Shown here piece by piece: positions 38,148-40,829 of a DNA stretch of 40,829 nt (its first letter is position 1; the number at the start of each line of letters is the position of its first letter). The stretch lies in the NCBI RefSeq assembly GCF_001194135.2, contig NC_068985.1, positions 126,680,281 through 126,721,109 of the forward strand, read 5' to 3'. The notes beneath the pieces were generated by a model. That model ran no database searches and was not told the origin of the DNA. It saw only the letters and a program-made list of their open reading frames with translations. This DNA is from Octopus bimaculoides. Taxonomy: Eukaryota. Made by a program: the position numbers and the translations under genes.

Positions 38148-38460
38148 TCATCATCATCAACAGTCAACATCCTTTTTCCATGCTGGCATGGGTTGGACAG
38201 CTTGACAGAAGCTGGCAAGGCCAGGGCCCACACCAGGTTCCATAGTCTGTTTTGGCTTGATTTCTACAGCTGGAAACCCTTCACAGAGTGTACTGGGAAC
38301 TTTTTACATGGCATCAGCACCCACACCAATGCTTTTCACATGGCACCTTGGTTTCAGGATCTTAATTCTGTAGTGGTTGGCAGGTCTTCTCAAGCACAGT
38401 AATACACCACTATCTCAGTCCTCTGTCATCTGCTTCATAAGGTTCAGCATTTTGAGATCG
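38148..38460 (-). mobile_element. Decayed RTE 3'-UTR fragment
   Basis: (ATC)n, CCATGCTGGCATGGGTTGGAC and TTTCTACAGCTGGA. Confidence 0.7.
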
Positions 38461-39029
38461 AAATAATATTTAGCCTCAAGCCACCAAAGCCTTGTGAGTG
38501 GATTTGGTAAACAGAAATTGAGAGAAGTCCATCATGTGTGTGTGTGCATGCATATTTGTGTCCCCTTGTTTTGACGCTGTGAGATAGTTATTAAAAAAAT
38601 GATCATCACTGTCATATAAGCAGTGTCAATCATTTTCAATATTCTGCAATAACATGTCTGGCCTTGCTTGGAAACAGGGGATTGGCAAGAGGAAAGGCAT
38701 TCAGCCACAGAAAATCTGCCTCAATAAACTCTATCAACCCATACAAGCATGAAAAAGTGGACGTTAAAATGATGTTGATGAATATTTAAAATCATTCCCT
38801 GTGTAGGCACTGCCTGCCTTGTTTTAAGGTAAGAAATACATTTTCCTCCAGAAACCTTGTGCCCTTGAGCTGTTACTTATCTCTCAGTGTTATTCAAGTG
38901 AATAACACTGTCTAGCTTTCTGTGTCATCTGACAAGCTGATTAACTCTCAGGAATTTAGATGACTTAGAGTGAAGTCTGTTTGCATTCTTTGTAATACAA
39001 ATGAACTGTAAAGACTGCAAACAGAAGGC

Positions 39030-39860
39030 ACACTTCTGTTGGACAAAATAATGGAAAACCTTACAATAATGGAAATACCTTAAAATTTCAAACAAATTTA
39101 TTTTAATATGGGATAAGACTGAATTCTAAGAGGTATGGACTCATACAAAGTTTGAATTGTTTCCAAAGGAACTTTTGTCCATTCTTCAGCTAAAGTAGTC
39201 TCCAGTTCTTGTAATGATGATGGTGGAGGATATCGATCAACTCCTTATTTGTTTTTCTATAATGCACCATAATTGTTCAATAATATTGAGATCTGGGGAC
39301 TGTGGTGGCCAGATAAGATGTTCAACTTCACTAGAATGTTCCTCGTGCCATTCAGTAACNNNNNNNNNNAAGATGTTCAACTTCACTAGAATGTTCCTCG
39401 TGCCATTCAGTAACAACTTTAGCTGTGTGAATTGGTGCATTATCACCCTGAAAGATTGCATTTCCCTCTGGAAACAGTTCTGCAACCACAGGATGAATTT
39501 GATCAGATATAGCCCCACTAGATCATCACAGATCCTCCTCCATGTTTAACAGTTGAAAGATGGCAGTCTGGGTCAAATGCTTCTTTTGGCTGTCTCCACA
39601 CGTATACTCGGCCAGTGGTCGGAAATAAAGTAAAGGATGACTCATCCAACAAAATAACATTCTTCCACCGCTCTAGGGACCAATTCTATAGGTTCTTGCT
39701 CCACTCTAAATGCTTTGCAACATTTGTTTTTGAAAGCAGTGGTTTTCTGATTGCAGCCCTCCCCCGAAATACGGCTTTGTACAGCTCCCGGCGAACAATT
39801 TTTGTGGAAGCTGGGTTCTCAAGGTGGTCATTAAGATCTGCAGTAATTTTGGGAGCTAAA
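39030..39860 (-). mobile_element. 3' two-thirds of a DD36E (Incomer-type) Tc1 element, inactivated
   Basis: KPLLSKTNVAKHLEWSK, LDESSF, and FQGDNAPIHTAKVVTEWHEEHSSEVEHLIWPPQSPDLNIIE after collapsing the gap overlap (36 residues between D and E). Confidence 0.85.
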
Positions 39861-39910
39861 CAGGAGGAGATATGTGGGATGCAAGAGTCATTGAACAGGT
39901 CACATATATA

Positions 39911-40495
39911 AAGATTAGTTTTTGTGTGTGGCAGATGCACAGAGGCAGTAAACACTGAAGATGTACAGAAAACAGGTTCCATCACATGCCAGAGGGTAAA
40001 ACTAAAAGTAGTTAATAGCTTTTGCTACCTAGGCAACCAAGTCTGTAGTGGGGGTGGTTGCTCTGAGAGTGTAGCAGATAGAATAAGAATAGCCTGGGCA
40101 AAGTTCAGGGAGCTCTTACCTCTGTTGGCAACTAAGGGCCTCTCGCTCAGGATGAAAGGTAGACTGTATGAGGCATGTGTGCAAACTGCCATGCTACACT
40201 GCAGTGAAACATGGGCCACGACTGCTGAGTACATGCATAGGCTTGAAAGAAATGAAGCTAGTATGATCCACTGGATGTGTAATGTCAGTGTGCATACATG
40301 ACAGAGTGTAAGCGCTCTGAGAGAAAAGTTGGACGCAAGAAGCATCAAATGTAGTGTGCTGGAGAGACTGCGCTGGTACGGTCGTGTGTTACGTATCGAT
40401 GAGGACAGCTGTGTGAGGAAGTGCCACTCCCTACCTGTGGAAGAGGTAGACCGAGGAAGACATGGGATGAGGCAGAGAAGCATGACCTTCGAAAA
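39911..40495 (+). mobile_element. RTE LINE fragment (RT C-terminal region), 3' tail missing
   Basis: SFCYLGNQVCSGGGCSESVADRIRIAWAKFRELLPLLATKGLSLRMKGRLYEACV; same family as 23078-24240. Confidence 0.92.
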
Positions 40496-40496
40496 T

Positions 40497-40602
40497 GTGA
40501 AATAAAGTGTCTTGCTCAAGAACACAACACAAAGCCTGGTCCAGGAATCAAACTCACAACCTCATAATCAGAAGCTCGACGCTAATCACTGAGCCATGCA
40601 CT
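40497..40602 (-). mobile_element. 5' part of a tRNA-derived SINE
   Basis: Minus strand GGCTCAGTGATTAGCG...GAGTTTGATTCC...CTTGAGCAAGACACTTT. Confidence 0.7.
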
Positions 40603-40615
40603 TTCATATATATAT

Positions 40616-40829
40616 CAGGTACACGACACTGCTTTTCCCCTTCCCAGGCTACAGGCCCACACCCCCAACACCCATACTGTTAGGATTGGCACTCTCAACG
40701 TCGGCACGCTGAAAGGTAGATCTGGTGAAATTGTTGAGATGCTTGAACGGAGACGCGTAGATATGCGCTGCATCCAGGAAGTAAGATGGAGAGGAGGTTC
40801 TGCGAGGTTCCTCACAGGCAAAGAACACA
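40616..40829 (+). mobile_element. Start of an RTE ORF (APE endonuclease domain), running off the window
   Basis: Uninterrupted frame ...HTVRIGTLNVGTLKGRSGEIVEMLERRRVDMRCIQEVRWRGGSARFLTGKEH, with the APE motifs GTLNV and QEVRW. Confidence 0.9.

Noticed and set aside
39314-39414. 45-bp direct repeat flanking a 10-N gap
   Set aside because: Typical unmerged contig overlap; collapsing it restores the transposase frame.

Overview
AT-rich, microsatellite-rich eukaryotic draft-assembly DNA with five N gaps. The repeat families (tRNA-derived SINEs with a CORE-like CCTTGGGCAAG motif, RTE LINEs with (ATG)n tails) look like those of octopod cephalopods; this is inferred from family recall, not a search. 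No complete host ORF is present. The window looks mostly intronic for a minus-strand gene. One strong 98-nt exon (5157-5254) encodes a signal-anchor-like helix, and several weaker upstream exon candidates lie at 17.5, 22.3 and 37.1 kb. The rest is a nested transposon landscape: RTE LINE pieces, a HERO-like RLE LINE relic, two DD41D elements, a DD36E Tc1, an older Tc1, hAT, Helitron, foldback and MITE relics, and many SINEs. The most unusual structures are (i) a head-to-head pair of tRNA-like heads joined through (AAT)n to a decayed hammerhead-ribozyme core, and (ii) a repeated 25-nt module in RTE 3' UTRs that folds on paper into a compact H-type pseudoknot and has expanded into a 26-bp minisatellite in one copy. 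Repeat boundaries were read by eye and are approximate (about +/-20 bp) unless termini are quoted.
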